This document shows positions 38,003-47,472 of a DNA stretch of 64,000 nucleotides, piece by piece; the first letter of the stretch is position 1, and each line of letters begins with the position of its first letter. Origin of the DNA: Candidatus Latescibacterota bacterium (lineage in GTDB: Bacteria; Latescibacterota; UBA2968; GCA-2709665); NCBI GenBank assembly GCA_965208835.1, contig OZ242358.1:4928001-4992000 (forward strand). Direction: 5' to 3'. The notes under the pieces were generated by a model. That model had not been told where the DNA came from, did no database searches, and saw only the letters and a program-made list of their open reading frames with translations. A program made the position numbers and the translations under genes.

Positions 38003-38746
38003 ATGCCCGATCTCGACATCGTCATCCCCGTGTACAACGAGGGCGGCAACATCCTGAACGTGCTCAACGCACTGTGCGACGCGACAAGAACGTCATTCCG
38101 GGTGCTGATCTGTTACGACGATGAGTCCGACGATACGCTGGAAGCCCTGAAGGATTTCAACGACGCCCGATGCGAGATCGTCAGAGTCCGGAACCGTGGA
38201 CGCGGGGCGCACGGGGCCGTCGTCACGGGCTTTGACGAAGGCGACGCGCCCGCGGCGATCATGTGGCCTGCCGACGATACCTTCAACGCCGGCATTATCG
38301 ATTCGATGTATCGGGAATACCTGAACGGCTGCCACGTCGTCTGCGCCAGCCGGTTCATCCGGGGCGGTTGCATGGTCGGCGCGCCCTGGCTGAAATCTCT
38401 GCTTGTCAGGAGCTCCGCCTTCACCCTTTATTATCTGGCGCGGCTTCCCGCAAGGGACGCAAGCAACGGACTTCGCCTGTTCTCCAGGCGACTGCTGGAC
38501 CGAGCGAGGATCGAATCCTCGGCCGGTTTTGCGTACGGTATCGAACTGCTGGTCAAATGCCACCGGCTGGGTTGGAACATCGCGGACGTCCCCGCGGGGT
38601 GGTTCGAAAGGACCTCCGGCCGAAGCCGCTTCCGAGTCATCCGCTGGCTGCCGGAATACCTGCGCTGGTATTTCTACGCTTTTGCAACCACGTATCTTGG
38701 ACGGGGTCCCGAGACCGTACCCGAAACGAGGCGCGCGGATACCTGA
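38003..38746 (+). CDS. GT2 glycosyltransferase (DPM1-like)
   Basis: VIPVYNE, PADD, ASRF..GG, D.SNG.R.F, ER..G.S.F. Confidence 0.9.
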   Translation: MPDLDIVIPVYNEGGNILNVLNALCDATRTSFRVLICYDDESDDTLEALKDFNDARCEIVRVRNRGRGAHGAVVTGFDEGDAPAAIMWPADDTFNAGIIDSMYREYLNGCHVVCASRFIRGGCMVGAPWLKSLLVRSSAFTLYYLARLPARDASNGLRLFSRRLLDRARIESSAGFAYGIELLVKCHRLGWNIADVPAGWFERTSGRSRFRVIRWLPEYLRWYFYAFATTYLGRGPETVPETRRADT

Positions 38747-38767
38747 CATGAACCCTGGAGATCAAAC

Positions 38768-41209
38768 GTGAGCAAGAATAGAAAAAGAGCCGTCCGACGT
38801 TCCGCAACGCCACGGCCGGAGCCTTCGAAAAGCCCCTCCGACCGTTTCGGACCCTGGCTCGCCTCGCCGTGGGCCCCGGCTTTGTTCTTCCTCCTCCTGA
38901 GCGTGGTCTACTTTTCCGGTTTCGTGTTTACCGATCACGTCATTCTCGGACAGGACACGGGAAGGGAATTCCACAAGGGACGAGAGCCATTCGTGGAAAA
39001 ACTGGCCAACCTGGCCCCGGCCAACTGGATGCGTTACCTGGGCGGCACCCCGGTGACCGGACAGAGGACGACGGACTATTTCCCGCTGGAGATCATCGCC
39101 CTGTTTACAACCCGGCACCGCCTTATCGGATGGCGATATTTCTTCGCCATGTTCATGGCGGGGTACTTCATGTACCTATGTATCCGCGGCTTCGGCATGA
39201 AGCCGCTCACCGCCTGGCTCACCGGCATCGCGTACGCCTCTGCGCCCGCCCTGCTCACCTTCATCTACGCGGGTCATGACGCAAAGATGCTGGTTATCGG
39301 GCTTTTCCCGTTGATGGTCTGGGGGCTGTACCGCGGCATGGAGACAGGTCGCCCCATCTACTACCTCGTTCTGTCCGTCTCCATCGGCGCGGGCATCTTC
39401 ACGGGGCACCTCCAGATGCTCTACTACGCCCTCTGCGGCCTGGGCATCATTTTCGCCGCCAGACTCGTCCAATCCTTCTACGGCGAGAGAGACATCGCCG
39501 CAGCCCTGCGGCGAGGCCTTCTCAGCGCCTGCGCGGTCTGCCTGGGCATGGGCATCGGCGCCATGGGCGTGTTCCCACAATTCTGGTACACACAAACGGA
39601 GTCCAGACGGGCACTGAAGGATGGCGAAGGCAAGGGCCTCGAATACTCGCAGACATGGTCGCTGCACCCCGAGGAAATCGCGTCGCTGGTGGTACCTGAA
39701 TTCGCGCACTTCGACGATCCGGACCGGAGACAGCGAAACTACTGGGGCCGCAATCCATTCAAGATCAATTCCGAATATTTCGGCATCGCCGTACTCTTCT
39801 TTGCCGCGCTCGCCGTGGGCCGCGTCCGCCGCGACCCGAGAATCTGGATCTTCCTTCTGCTTTCTTTCTTCGCCATGGCGTTCGCTCTCGGACCCCATAC
39901 CTTCCTGCATGGATACGCGTATCGCTATATTCCAGGGATGAAAGTGCTCCGGGCGCCGGGCATGATTGCGTTTCTGTTCGCGTTCCCCGCGTGCGTTCTC
40001 GCCGCCATCGGATTGCAGCGGGTCCTCTACCCGACCGCCGTTTCGCCCCGGACGCGACGCAATCTCGCCATCGTCGCCGGGGTCGCGGTGGCCCTTCTGC
40101 TGGGTGTCGCCCTGGCTCCCCTGAGCGCCGTGAACGCGTGGACCGGACTCTTCTGGTCCGACATTCCGGAATCAGCCCTCCGCGTCGCTAAGGCGAACGC
40201 GCCCAACCTCAGCCGCGGCGCCATCTTCGCCGCCCTTCTCGTGTCCGTCCTGGCCATTCTGACGTGGAGACGCCTGGGCGGAGCTATATCCCCGGCCGCC
40301 TATGCATGCCTGCTGGTTCCCCTGATGCTCTTCGACACCTGGCGGATCGACCGGCAGTTCCTCCGATATTTCGATCCGGACCTGCAGCCGCCGCCCGAAC
40401 GCGTCTACGGCGGTGTGCTGCGCCACTTCGAGCAGGACCCCGACCTGTACCGCGTGCTGTTCGTATCGCAATTCTCCATTCCTCCGCCGCATATGGGCGC
40501 CGGCAAGCGAACGATCGTGGACCGGGTGCGCGTGGACTTTCACGAACCTTTCACCATGCTGCGCTACGACCGGATGACCGAACCCCAATACCTCCGGCAT
40601 TTCCCAATCCTGAATCTGCTGAACACCCGCTACGTGGTGACCCGGGAACCGTTTCCCGACGGACCCGCGTCCGTGGTCACCAACGGCCTGCATATCTACA
40701 GGAACGAGTTCGCGCTGCCCTGGTTCTACCTGGCGCCGGGATACCGGATCGAGACCGACGAAGACCGGATCCTGGAGCTGCTTTCGGAGCCCGGGTTCAG
40801 GCCCGATGAAACCGCTATCCTGGAGGCCGAGCCGGGAGGATTTTCTCCTGACAGCGCGGACACGCGATCTCAGGACCAAGTCGAGAAGGTCGCGTATGAC
40901 GATCGCAGCGGATATATCGAACTCAACGTCAAAGCCGGCGGCCCCCGCCTGCTTGTGGTCTCCGAGAATTACCATCCCTTCTGGCACGCCTGGGTGAACG
41001 GGGAGAAGCGGCCGCTGTTCAGGGCCAACTACGCCTGGAAGGCGGTCGCCGTACCCGCGGGCGAACACCGGATCGTACTCCGCTTCCACGATCCCATTGC
41101 CACGGCCTGCCGCTGGATTACCCTCCTTTCCACCCTCTTCGCCATCGCCTGCGCCGCTGCATGGTATTGGCGGCAGCGCTCCGTTAGACCGGCCGCCGCC
41201 GCGGAGTAA
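38768..41209 (+). CDS. YfhO-like GT-C membrane glycosyltransferase
   Basis: Multiple TMs, W.....GG.P, GH.Q..YY, S.R, LNLLN.RY, C-terminal SENY.P.W.A.V.G....RAN...AV.VPAG.H. Confidence 0.88.
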   Translation: MSKNRKRAVRRSATPRPEPSKSPSDRFGPWLASPWAPALFFLLLSVVYFSGFVFTDHVILGQDTGREFHKGREPFVEKLANLAPANWMRYLGGTPVTGQRTTDYFPLEIIALFTTRHRLIGWRYFFAMFMAGYFMYLCIRGFGMKPLTAWLTGIAYASAPALLTFIYAGHDAKMLVIGLFPLMVWGLYRGMETGRPIYYLVLSVSIGAGIFTGHLQMLYYALCGLGIIFAARLVQSFYGERDIAAALRRGLLSACAVCLGMGIGAMGVFPQFWYTQTESRRALKDGEGKGLEYSQTWSLHPEEIASLVVPEFAHFDDPDRRQRNYWGRNPFKINSEYFGIAVLFFAALAVGRVRRDPRIWIFLLLSFFAMAFALGPHTFLHGYAYRYIPGMKVLRAPGMIAFLFAFPACVLAAIGLQRVLYPTAVSPRTRRNLAIVAGVAVALLLGVALAPLSAVNAWTGLFWSDIPESALRVAKANAPNLSRGAIFAALLVSVLAILTWRRLGGAISPAAYACLLVPLMLFDTWRIDRQFLRYFDPDLQPPPERVYGGVLRHFEQDPDLYRVLFVSQFSIPPPHMGAGKRTIVDRVRVDFHEPFTMLRYDRMTEPQYLRHFPILNLLNTRYVVTREPFPDGPASVVTNGLHIYRNEFALPWFYLAPGYRIETDEDRILELLSEPGFRPDETAILEAEPGGFSPDSADTRSQDQVEKVAYDDRSGYIELNVKAGGPRLLVVSENYHPFWHAWVNGEKRPLFRANYAWKAVAVPAGEHRIVLRFHDPIATACRWITLLSTLFAIACAAAWYWRQRSVRPAAAAE

Positions 41210-41212
41210 TCC

Positions 41213-42652
41213 ATGGGCGGCAAGTCACCGGTCAGACGGATTGCGGGCAACACCGCGGTCCAGGTATTCGGACGAGCCATTGAGTTCGCGATCTTCCTGT
41301 TCCTCGTCCACTACCTGGACCTCAAGGCGTTCGGCGCCTATACGTTCATCCTGACCAACCTGATGTTGTGGGGGGTTCTCGCGGACGCGGGGACGTACAA
41401 TGTCCTGATCAGGGAAGCCGCCAGCCGGGAGAACGCCGACCGGCTTCTGGGGAACGCCCTGTCGATAGGGCTTATCGCGTCCATCGCCGCCGTGCTGACC
41501 TCAAACGCGTTTCTCTACCTTGCGGGCCAGGACAGGGAAACCCTCATACCCGCGCTTATCGCCTCGCTCACGCTGTTCGCATCGCCGCGCCTGAACGCAT
41601 TTCGCAGGATGTTCCAGGTCCGGTTTCAGGCAGAACTCAGGATGGGATACGTGGTGGCGTGGAACACCGTTTCCCACCTGCTCATGGCCGGCTTGCTGGT
41701 TGTTGTTGTCCTCAACAAGGGCCTTCTCGTCGCCATCTTCTGCGCGCTGATCGCCGCCGAGTTCCTCTCGTTCGCCGGTCTGTGCATCACACACCGGCGT
41801 CTCTTCAAGCTTCCCCGGTTTCGTTTCGACCCGCAGATCGTCAGATCGCTTCTGCGGCAGAGCATCCCGCTCATGCTGGCGGCGATATGCGCCACGGTCC
41901 ACGACAAGATCGGCATTATGCTGCTCGAGTTCATCAAGAGCAAGGAAGCCGTAGGCCTCTACAACATGGCGGCCCGAATTCCCGACAGCCTTCCCTTTCT
42001 GGCTTCGATATTCATCGCTTCCGTCTTCCCGGTTATGGTCAGACACCGGGAGACCGACCCGGTCGCGTTCGACAGAATCTACCGCCGAAGCGCGCGCTAC
42101 CTGTTGCTCTTTATTGTCCCCATTGCCGGGTTCTGCACGCTCGCCTCGAATGACATCCTGAATCTGCTCTTTCCCGGCAGGATTCCCGTAGCCATGTTCG
42201 GCCACGCCAGCCTGACGCTCGTCCTGCTCATCTGGGCAATGGTCTTCAAATACATGGGCATTGCCTTCAGCTTTCTGATCGTGGCCGTCGGCCAGGAGAA
42301 ACGCCGGCTTGCCTGCCTGGGCGCGGCGGCGCTGCTCGGCATTCTTCTAAACGTTGCCCTCATCCCGGCCCACCATATCCTCGGGTCGGCCGCGGCCGTC
42401 CTTATCGGGTCCATTGCGTATCCGGTTGTGGGGCTCTTGTTCGCTCCGCTGCGCAAGTACGCCGCCTTGCTTGGCGCCGCAGCCGCCAGGCCGGTGCTGG
42501 CGACCGCACTGACGGCCATTTGCGTGTCGGCCATAACGGATCACTTCGTGGTCGCGGCCGTATCGGGGGTCCTCGTCTATGGCGCGCTGATCCTGCTCCT
42601 CAAAGGCGTCACGCGGGAAGACATCGCGCTGTTGAAGGAGCTGCGGAAATAG
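41213..42652 (+). CDS. Wzx-like flippase (polysaccharide biosynthesis/export)
   Basis: About 12-14 hydrophobic segments; D.G, VG.Y..A, LN..LIP....G.A.A. Confidence 0.88.
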   Translation: MGGKSPVRRIAGNTAVQVFGRAIEFAIFLFLVHYLDLKAFGAYTFILTNLMLWGVLADAGTYNVLIREAASRENADRLLGNALSIGLIASIAAVLTSNAFLYLAGQDRETLIPALIASLTLFASPRLNAFRRMFQVRFQAELRMGYVVAWNTVSHLLMAGLLVVVVLNKGLLVAIFCALIAAEFLSFAGLCITHRRLFKLPRFRFDPQIVRSLLRQSIPLMLAAICATVHDKIGIMLLEFIKSKEAVGLYNMAARIPDSLPFLASIFIASVFPVMVRHRETDPVAFDRIYRRSARYLLLFIVPIAGFCTLASNDILNLLFPGRIPVAMFGHASLTLVLLIWAMVFKYMGIAFSFLIVAVGQEKRRLACLGAAALLGILLNVALIPAHHILGSAAAVLIGSIAYPVVGLLFAPLRKYAALLGAAAARPVLATALTAICVSAITDHFVVAAVSGVLVYGALILLLKGVTREDIALLKELRK

Positions 42653-42767
42653 CTGTCAGCCAACAGCCGTCTGAAGCCATTGAACAAACAAAAAACGGCG
42701 CCACGCCAAGTCGCGTGGTACCGTCTGGATACGAAAAATGCGGTATCGATGAGTCCCTTTGGGCCGG

Positions 42768-43445
42768 TCATTCGTTTCCGGGATCGACCTCGGCAACGGG
42801 TTTCATCAACAGCGCCCCCTTTCCACCAACGCGAACGAACGACAGGCCGTGCCGGTCGATGAACTCGCGGCAGGCCTGGAAGGCGCCGTCGAACCAGGCG
42901 GGCTCCACGCAGTCGTCCAGAACGACGCCTCCGCCGGGGACGATCAGGGGCCAGAGGGCTTCCAGCGTCGCCGACGTGGGCAGGTAGAGGTCGACGTCGA
43001 GGAAGACCGCGCCGATGGGGCCGATTTCCTTCCAATCCACCTTCGAGCAGTCGCCCTCGATGATGCGGTAGTTGGTATAGCCGAGACGAGCGAGGCTGTA
43101 ATTGAAGACCCCGGCGCTACCGTAGGAGTAGTCAGAGATCTCGGAGGCGCGCTTCCGCCGGTTCGCCACCTCGTAGTCGACACTTTCAGGTGTAAAGCCA
43201 CTGAAGGTGTCAACCAGCACGAGGGTGCGCGCATCACCGGTGGTCCTCAGGTGTTCAAGGATAAACACAGACGTTTCTCCCCTCGCGACGCCGATTTCCA
43301 CAATGGCGCCACCGGTGCCGCGGGTGGCGTCGATCAGCCCGATCATGGCGGATAGCTCGCCCGGATCGACCCAATAGCGGTATGCGGGGAACATCGAATT
43401 GCGGAGTACGGGCAGCCGGTAGACAATGTGTTTAATTAGGGTCAT
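42768..43445 (-). CDS. TylF/MycF/NovP-type sugar O-methyltransferase
   Basis: G.IVE.GV..G, DTFSGF, LD.DLY, L...GG....DD; start uncertain (43445 or 43469). Confidence 0.85.
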   Translation of the reverse strand: MTLIKHIVYRLPVLRNSMFPAYRYWVDPGELSAMIGLIDATRGTGGAIVEIGVARGETSVFILEHLRTTGDARTLVLVDTFSGFTPESVDYEVANRRKRASEISDYSYGSAGVFNYSLARLGYTNYRIIEGDCSKVDWKEIGPIGAVFLDVDLYLPTSATLEALWPLIVPGGGVVLDDCVEPAWFDGAFQACREFIDRHGLSFVRVGGKGALLMKPVAEVDPGNE

Positions 43446-43799
43446 GAGCCGGCGAGCCCGGCGAGTCATTGCGCGCACCAGCGAAGCGGATGGGCTGGCG
43501 CCCGTGAACCGCGGCGTTCGTGGCAAAGTCGGTGTCGGCGATGACGGCATGGCTTTCATCCCCGTTCGGATGGCAAAGTCCCGGTGATCTGTGAATTTAA
43601 TCTACTCTCCGCGTTGTGTCAACAGGCCCTAACCGCTTCCACACAGGAACCTCTGTTTGGAAGCGACTCTGAAGGGCCTGACGGTGTCAATACGCAGGTC
43701 TCCGGATTCTTCAGGGACGGTTTGCAAACCGCCCCCGCGTTGTGTTGAATATGGGAAGCGATTGGATTATCATTCGTATTCCACCCGATCGGATTTTCA

Positions 43800-43818
43800 C
43801 TGTCGCATTTTGCGACAG
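43800..43818. promoter_or_regulatory. Perfect inverted repeat, candidate transcription-factor site
   Basis: CTGTCGCA-ttt-TGCGACAG in a divergent intergenic region. Confidence 0.4.
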
Positions 43819-43887
43819 GTTTCGGTGCAGGTCCGACGGCCGGAGCGAGGGGATCAGCAGACGTCAACGAAAGTCGGGAGACGCGGG

Positions 43888-44616
43888 ATGGCATCCGAAA
43901 AAGCGGTAAGGGGTACCGAAGAAGACATCGCTGGGGCGTTCGATCGCGATGGTTTCTACATCGCGAAGGGGCTCTACCCGGCGGAAGAGATACTGGACTG
44001 GAAGGCGCGCATCATCGACATCCTCGATGCGGGCGGCCACATCAGCAAGGATCCCACGTCTGCCGGCGTCCACGTCTTCATGGCGGACGTACTGGACCCG
44101 TTCTTCAGGGAACGAATGAAGGATGATTGCGTGGTTTCGGTTCTGAACCGGATCATCGGTCCGAACGTGGAGTTTCTGAGCGTGAAGTCGGTCTACAAGA
44201 ACAAGTTCACGAGGTTCGGTTCCCCCTGGCACCAGGACTGGTACTACTGGAAGGGCGCGAACAAGATATCCGTGTGGATCGCCCTGGACGACGCCGCGCC
44301 GGAGAACGGTTGCCTGAAAATGATCGCCGGCAGCCATCTCAAGCGGTTCAAAGTGAAACAGGTCAGGGCACAAAACGGGTTCGGGTGGCGTATCGGAAAC
44401 GAAGAGATCGCCGGGCTTCCCGAGACCACGCTGGCGGTCAGGCGAGGAGATGCGGTCTTCTTTCACGATCAGACCTTGCACAGTTCCTTTCCGAACACCA
44501 CGGGCGCGGACCGCTGGAGCTTTATTTCCACCTATCGCGACGGGTCAGAGCGGGACGAATCAACGGTGTGGAAGCATCCGATGGTCGTCACCGGCGAGAG
44601 TGTGAACGTCGGATGA
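43888..44616 (+). CDS. Phytanoyl-CoA dioxygenase (PhyH) family Fe/2OG enzyme
   Basis: F.RDGF, WHQD, WIALDD...ENGCL....GSH, H.S.PN.....R; start MASEK with GGGAG RBS. Confidence 0.92.
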   Translation: MASEKAVRGTEEDIAGAFDRDGFYIAKGLYPAEEILDWKARIIDILDAGGHISKDPTSAGVHVFMADVLDPFFRERMKDDCVVSVLNRIIGPNVEFLSVKSVYKNKFTRFGSPWHQDWYYWKGANKISVWIALDDAAPENGCLKMIAGSHLKRFKVKQVRAQNGFGWRIGNEEIAGLPETTLAVRRGDAVFFHDQTLHSSFPNTTGADRWSFISTYRDGSERDESTVWKHPMVVTGESVNVG

Positions 44617-44735
44617 TCAGAGCAGGCAGAAATGTCCGCCCCACCCTCACACCGGCCTGTTCTCCACAGAAACGTCGAGAACGGATAGGTGTTTGACAAG
44701 ACAGCATGCCGCGGGGTATTTTCTGACGACGAAAA

Positions 44736-47471
44736 ATGCAAACAGCACGCGGGGACGTCGGAGCGGATATGCCGGAAACGGAACTTGAACTGAAGTCGAA
44801 AATACATTTGCGCAGGACGGTGGTGGTGGAAGGGCGGTACGCGCGGCGATGGCATCAGACACAGGCCGCCATCAAGGGCGAGCATGGACTGCTGGTCGTT
44901 TCGATGGAAGAGCTTGCGGCGCGGCTTGCGGGAGGGTTCCTCCGATCGGTCCGGACCGATACCCTGAAGACCAGCGTCAGGGAAGCCGTTGCAGCGGGAC
45001 CGCTCGACGATCTGGAGACAATCAAAGACCTTCCCGGATTTCAGCGGGCCGCGGCGGCCACCCTGGCAAAAGCCTGGCGCGCGGGACTGAATCTGGGGCA
45101 CAGCGGGAATCCACGCACCCGCTCGCTGGCTGCGCTCGAACGGAACGTGCGTTCCAGGCTGCCGAAGAATCAGCTCCCGCATGCCGAACTGGCGAAGGCG
45201 GCCATGGAGCGAGCGGCCCTTGCCCCGGCCATCCTTGGCCGAATCGAGATCCACGGCCGCACCGAATTGTCGCCGGTATGGCGAGACCTCTTATTGCGCC
45301 TCAGCAGGGCAACGGACCTGACCTGGGTGGCTGGCGCAAGGTCGACGCCGGAGTGGCTGTCCGAAACCGATCTTGCCGTGTCGACGAAACCGGCGGAGGA
45401 ACCCGATATCCGGGCGGTGTCCTGCGCCACACCCCGTCACGAGATCCGGGAGACCTTGCGGTGGGCCCGGAAACATCTCACCCAGGGGATTCCAGCCCAC
45501 CATATCGCGATTTCCGCGGCGTCTCCAGCGTTATGGGACGATCATATGATGGCGCTGGCGCAGGACGCGAATCTGCCGGTCCACTTCATCCACGGCCGGC
45601 CGGCGCTTGCAAGCCCGGACGGACAGCTTGCCGCCGCGCTCGCCGAAGTCCTCCTGCGCGGGCTGTCGCGCTCCCGCATGGTCCGTGTGGCCGGTTTGCT
45701 TCGGTCTTGCGTTATGCATTTCCGAGCCCTGCCGGAAGACTGGTGGGAGGTCCTGCCGGACGATGCCCCGCTGCTTACCGCTGACAGTTGGGACCGCCAC
45801 CTGGACAACCTCACGCGTGACGACTTTTCCGACGACAACGACCATCGACCGCTGCTGCAGCATATCATCGAGGTACTCCGCCTGGGCCTTGTCAGGGCGG
45901 AAGACATAGGTGAAGCGCTCCTGAAGGACTCGGAAGCGTTGGCAATCTGGCAAAGGGCCCTGGTCGAGGGACCGCCGGCCGCTCTGGACGTGACCCTCGC
46001 CGGACTTCGCGTGCCGGACGAAGAAGAACCGGGCGCCGCCGTCGTTTGGGGGCCGGCATCGGCCGTCGCGGCGGTTCCCCGGCCCTTCTGCTGGCTGGTG
46101 GGCCTCACTTCACGCTCCTGGCCCCGCCGCGCCGGTGAGGACCCGCTGCTTCCAACACACGTGGTGCGGCAGGAAGACCTGGAACCACTTCCCATTCATG
46201 AATCGGACCGCCGGGATTTCGAAACGATATGCAGGACGGCGGATCGGCAGGTCGTCTGTTCGCGGGCGCGGAGGGACAGCGAAGGCCGGCTCAACGGCGT
46301 CTCGCCACTCTATCCCGATGACGTAAATGAAGAATTCCTCGCCCAGAGCCGGGTACCCGGGCATGCGGCCAGCGAAAGCGACCGGCTCACGGCCAGACCC
46401 GGCGAATTTGCCGCGCTGCCATTGGCCCGGGCAACAACCGGGACGTGGATCGACTGGCACAGCGAGAAGCTGACAGCCCATGACGGTCTGATCTGCAAGG
46501 GGCATCCGATGCTTCTTCGCGCTCTGGACCGCACGCAATCCGCCACATCGCTCGCCCGACTGCTTCGGGACCCCCTTGGCTATCTCTGGACCTACGGATT
46601 CGGCTGGAGGGCGCCCGAAGAAACGGAAGAACCTCTGACGCTTGACGCGCTCGCGTTCGGGTCGCTTCTGCACGAGTTTCTCGGGGAAAGCGTGAACCGG
46701 CTGGAGAGCGCCGGGGGAGCCGGATTCGCCGGCGCTTCCCGGCGGGACGTCGAACGAACGGTGGCATCGGCGGCAGACGCGGTTGCGGGACGATGGGCCT
46801 CCGAACGCCCCGTTCCACCGCCCGTCATCTGGCGGCGGAAGTGCGACGAGGCAAGAATGCTGGCGGTCCGCGCGCTGGCGCGCGAAGAAACCCCGCTTCT
46901 GGGGCAGAGAACCTGGGCGGAAGTTCAGTTTGGCTATGCGCGTTCCAGGAACACATCCGATGGAACCGCCAGCCTGCCATGGGACCTGGCAACGCCGGTT
47001 TACATTGAAGGCACCCGGATTCGAATCGGCGGTTTCATCGACAGGCTCGACCTTTCGGAAGACCGGCGCCAGGCGCGCGTTACGGATTACAAATCAGGGA
47101 AATACCCCCGCAGACCTCCCCAGATCAATGGCGGCGCGGAACTGCAGAGATGTCTTTACGCCTTTGCGGTGAGGACGCTCGTTTCGACGCGGCCCGAAGT
47201 CGAAGCCCGCCTGGTCTATCCTCGCAATGACGATATGGATCTGGTGCTTGACGACACAGAGGAAACGCTCGCGGGACTGGTGAAATACCTCAACGCAGCC
47301 ACGGAGCTTTTCGTGGAAGGCAAAACGCTGAACGGCCCCGCCGCCGCTGATCGGTATTACGACCTGTCATTCGCACTGCCCGGAGGATCGAAGCAGATGT
47401 ACCTGAAGACCAAGGCGTTCAGGTCAACACCGGCTCTAATGCCGCTATCCGATCTTTGGGAGCAGCCCTGA
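44736..47471 (+). CDS. AddB-like protein with C-terminal PD-(D/E)XK nuclease
   Basis: SAT......DP, G.L.H, G.IDRLD, VTDYKSG, LQ..LY; inactive-helicase-like N-terminal region. Confidence 0.85.
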   Translation: MQTARGDVGADMPETELELKSKIHLRRTVVVEGRYARRWHQTQAAIKGEHGLLVVSMEELAARLAGGFLRSVRTDTLKTSVREAVAAGPLDDLETIKDLPGFQRAAAATLAKAWRAGLNLGHSGNPRTRSLAALERNVRSRLPKNQLPHAELAKAAMERAALAPAILGRIEIHGRTELSPVWRDLLLRLSRATDLTWVAGARSTPEWLSETDLAVSTKPAEEPDIRAVSCATPRHEIRETLRWARKHLTQGIPAHHIAISAASPALWDDHMMALAQDANLPVHFIHGRPALASPDGQLAAALAEVLLRGLSRSRMVRVAGLLRSCVMHFRALPEDWWEVLPDDAPLLTADSWDRHLDNLTRDDFSDDNDHRPLLQHIIEVLRLGLVRAEDIGEALLKDSEALAIWQRALVEGPPAALDVTLAGLRVPDEEEPGAAVVWGPASAVAAVPRPFCWLVGLTSRSWPRRAGEDPLLPTHVVRQEDLEPLPIHESDRRDFETICRTADRQVVCSRARRDSEGRLNGVSPLYPDDVNEEFLAQSRVPGHAASESDRLTARPGEFAALPLARATTGTWIDWHSEKLTAHDGLICKGHPMLLRALDRTQSATSLARLLRDPLGYLWTYGFGWRAPEETEEPLTLDALAFGSLLHEFLGESVNRLESAGGAGFAGASRRDVERTVASAADAVAGRWASERPVPPPVIWRRKCDEARMLAVRALAREETPLLGQRTWAEVQFGYARSRNTSDGTASLPWDLATPVYIEGTRIRIGGFIDRLDLSEDRRQARVTDYKSGKYPRRPPQINGGAELQRCLYAFAVRTLVSTRPEVEARLVYPRNDDMDLVLDDTEETLAGLVKYLNAATELFVEGKTLNGPAAADRYYDLSFALPGGSKQMYLKTKAFRSTPALMPLSDLWEQP

Positions 47472-47472
47472 G

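Noticed and set aside
43515-43580. Sigma54 promoter for the tylF-like gene and a tggcaaagtc direct repeat
   Set aside because: The candidate -24 element lacks the invariant GG, and the repeat is short enough to be chance.
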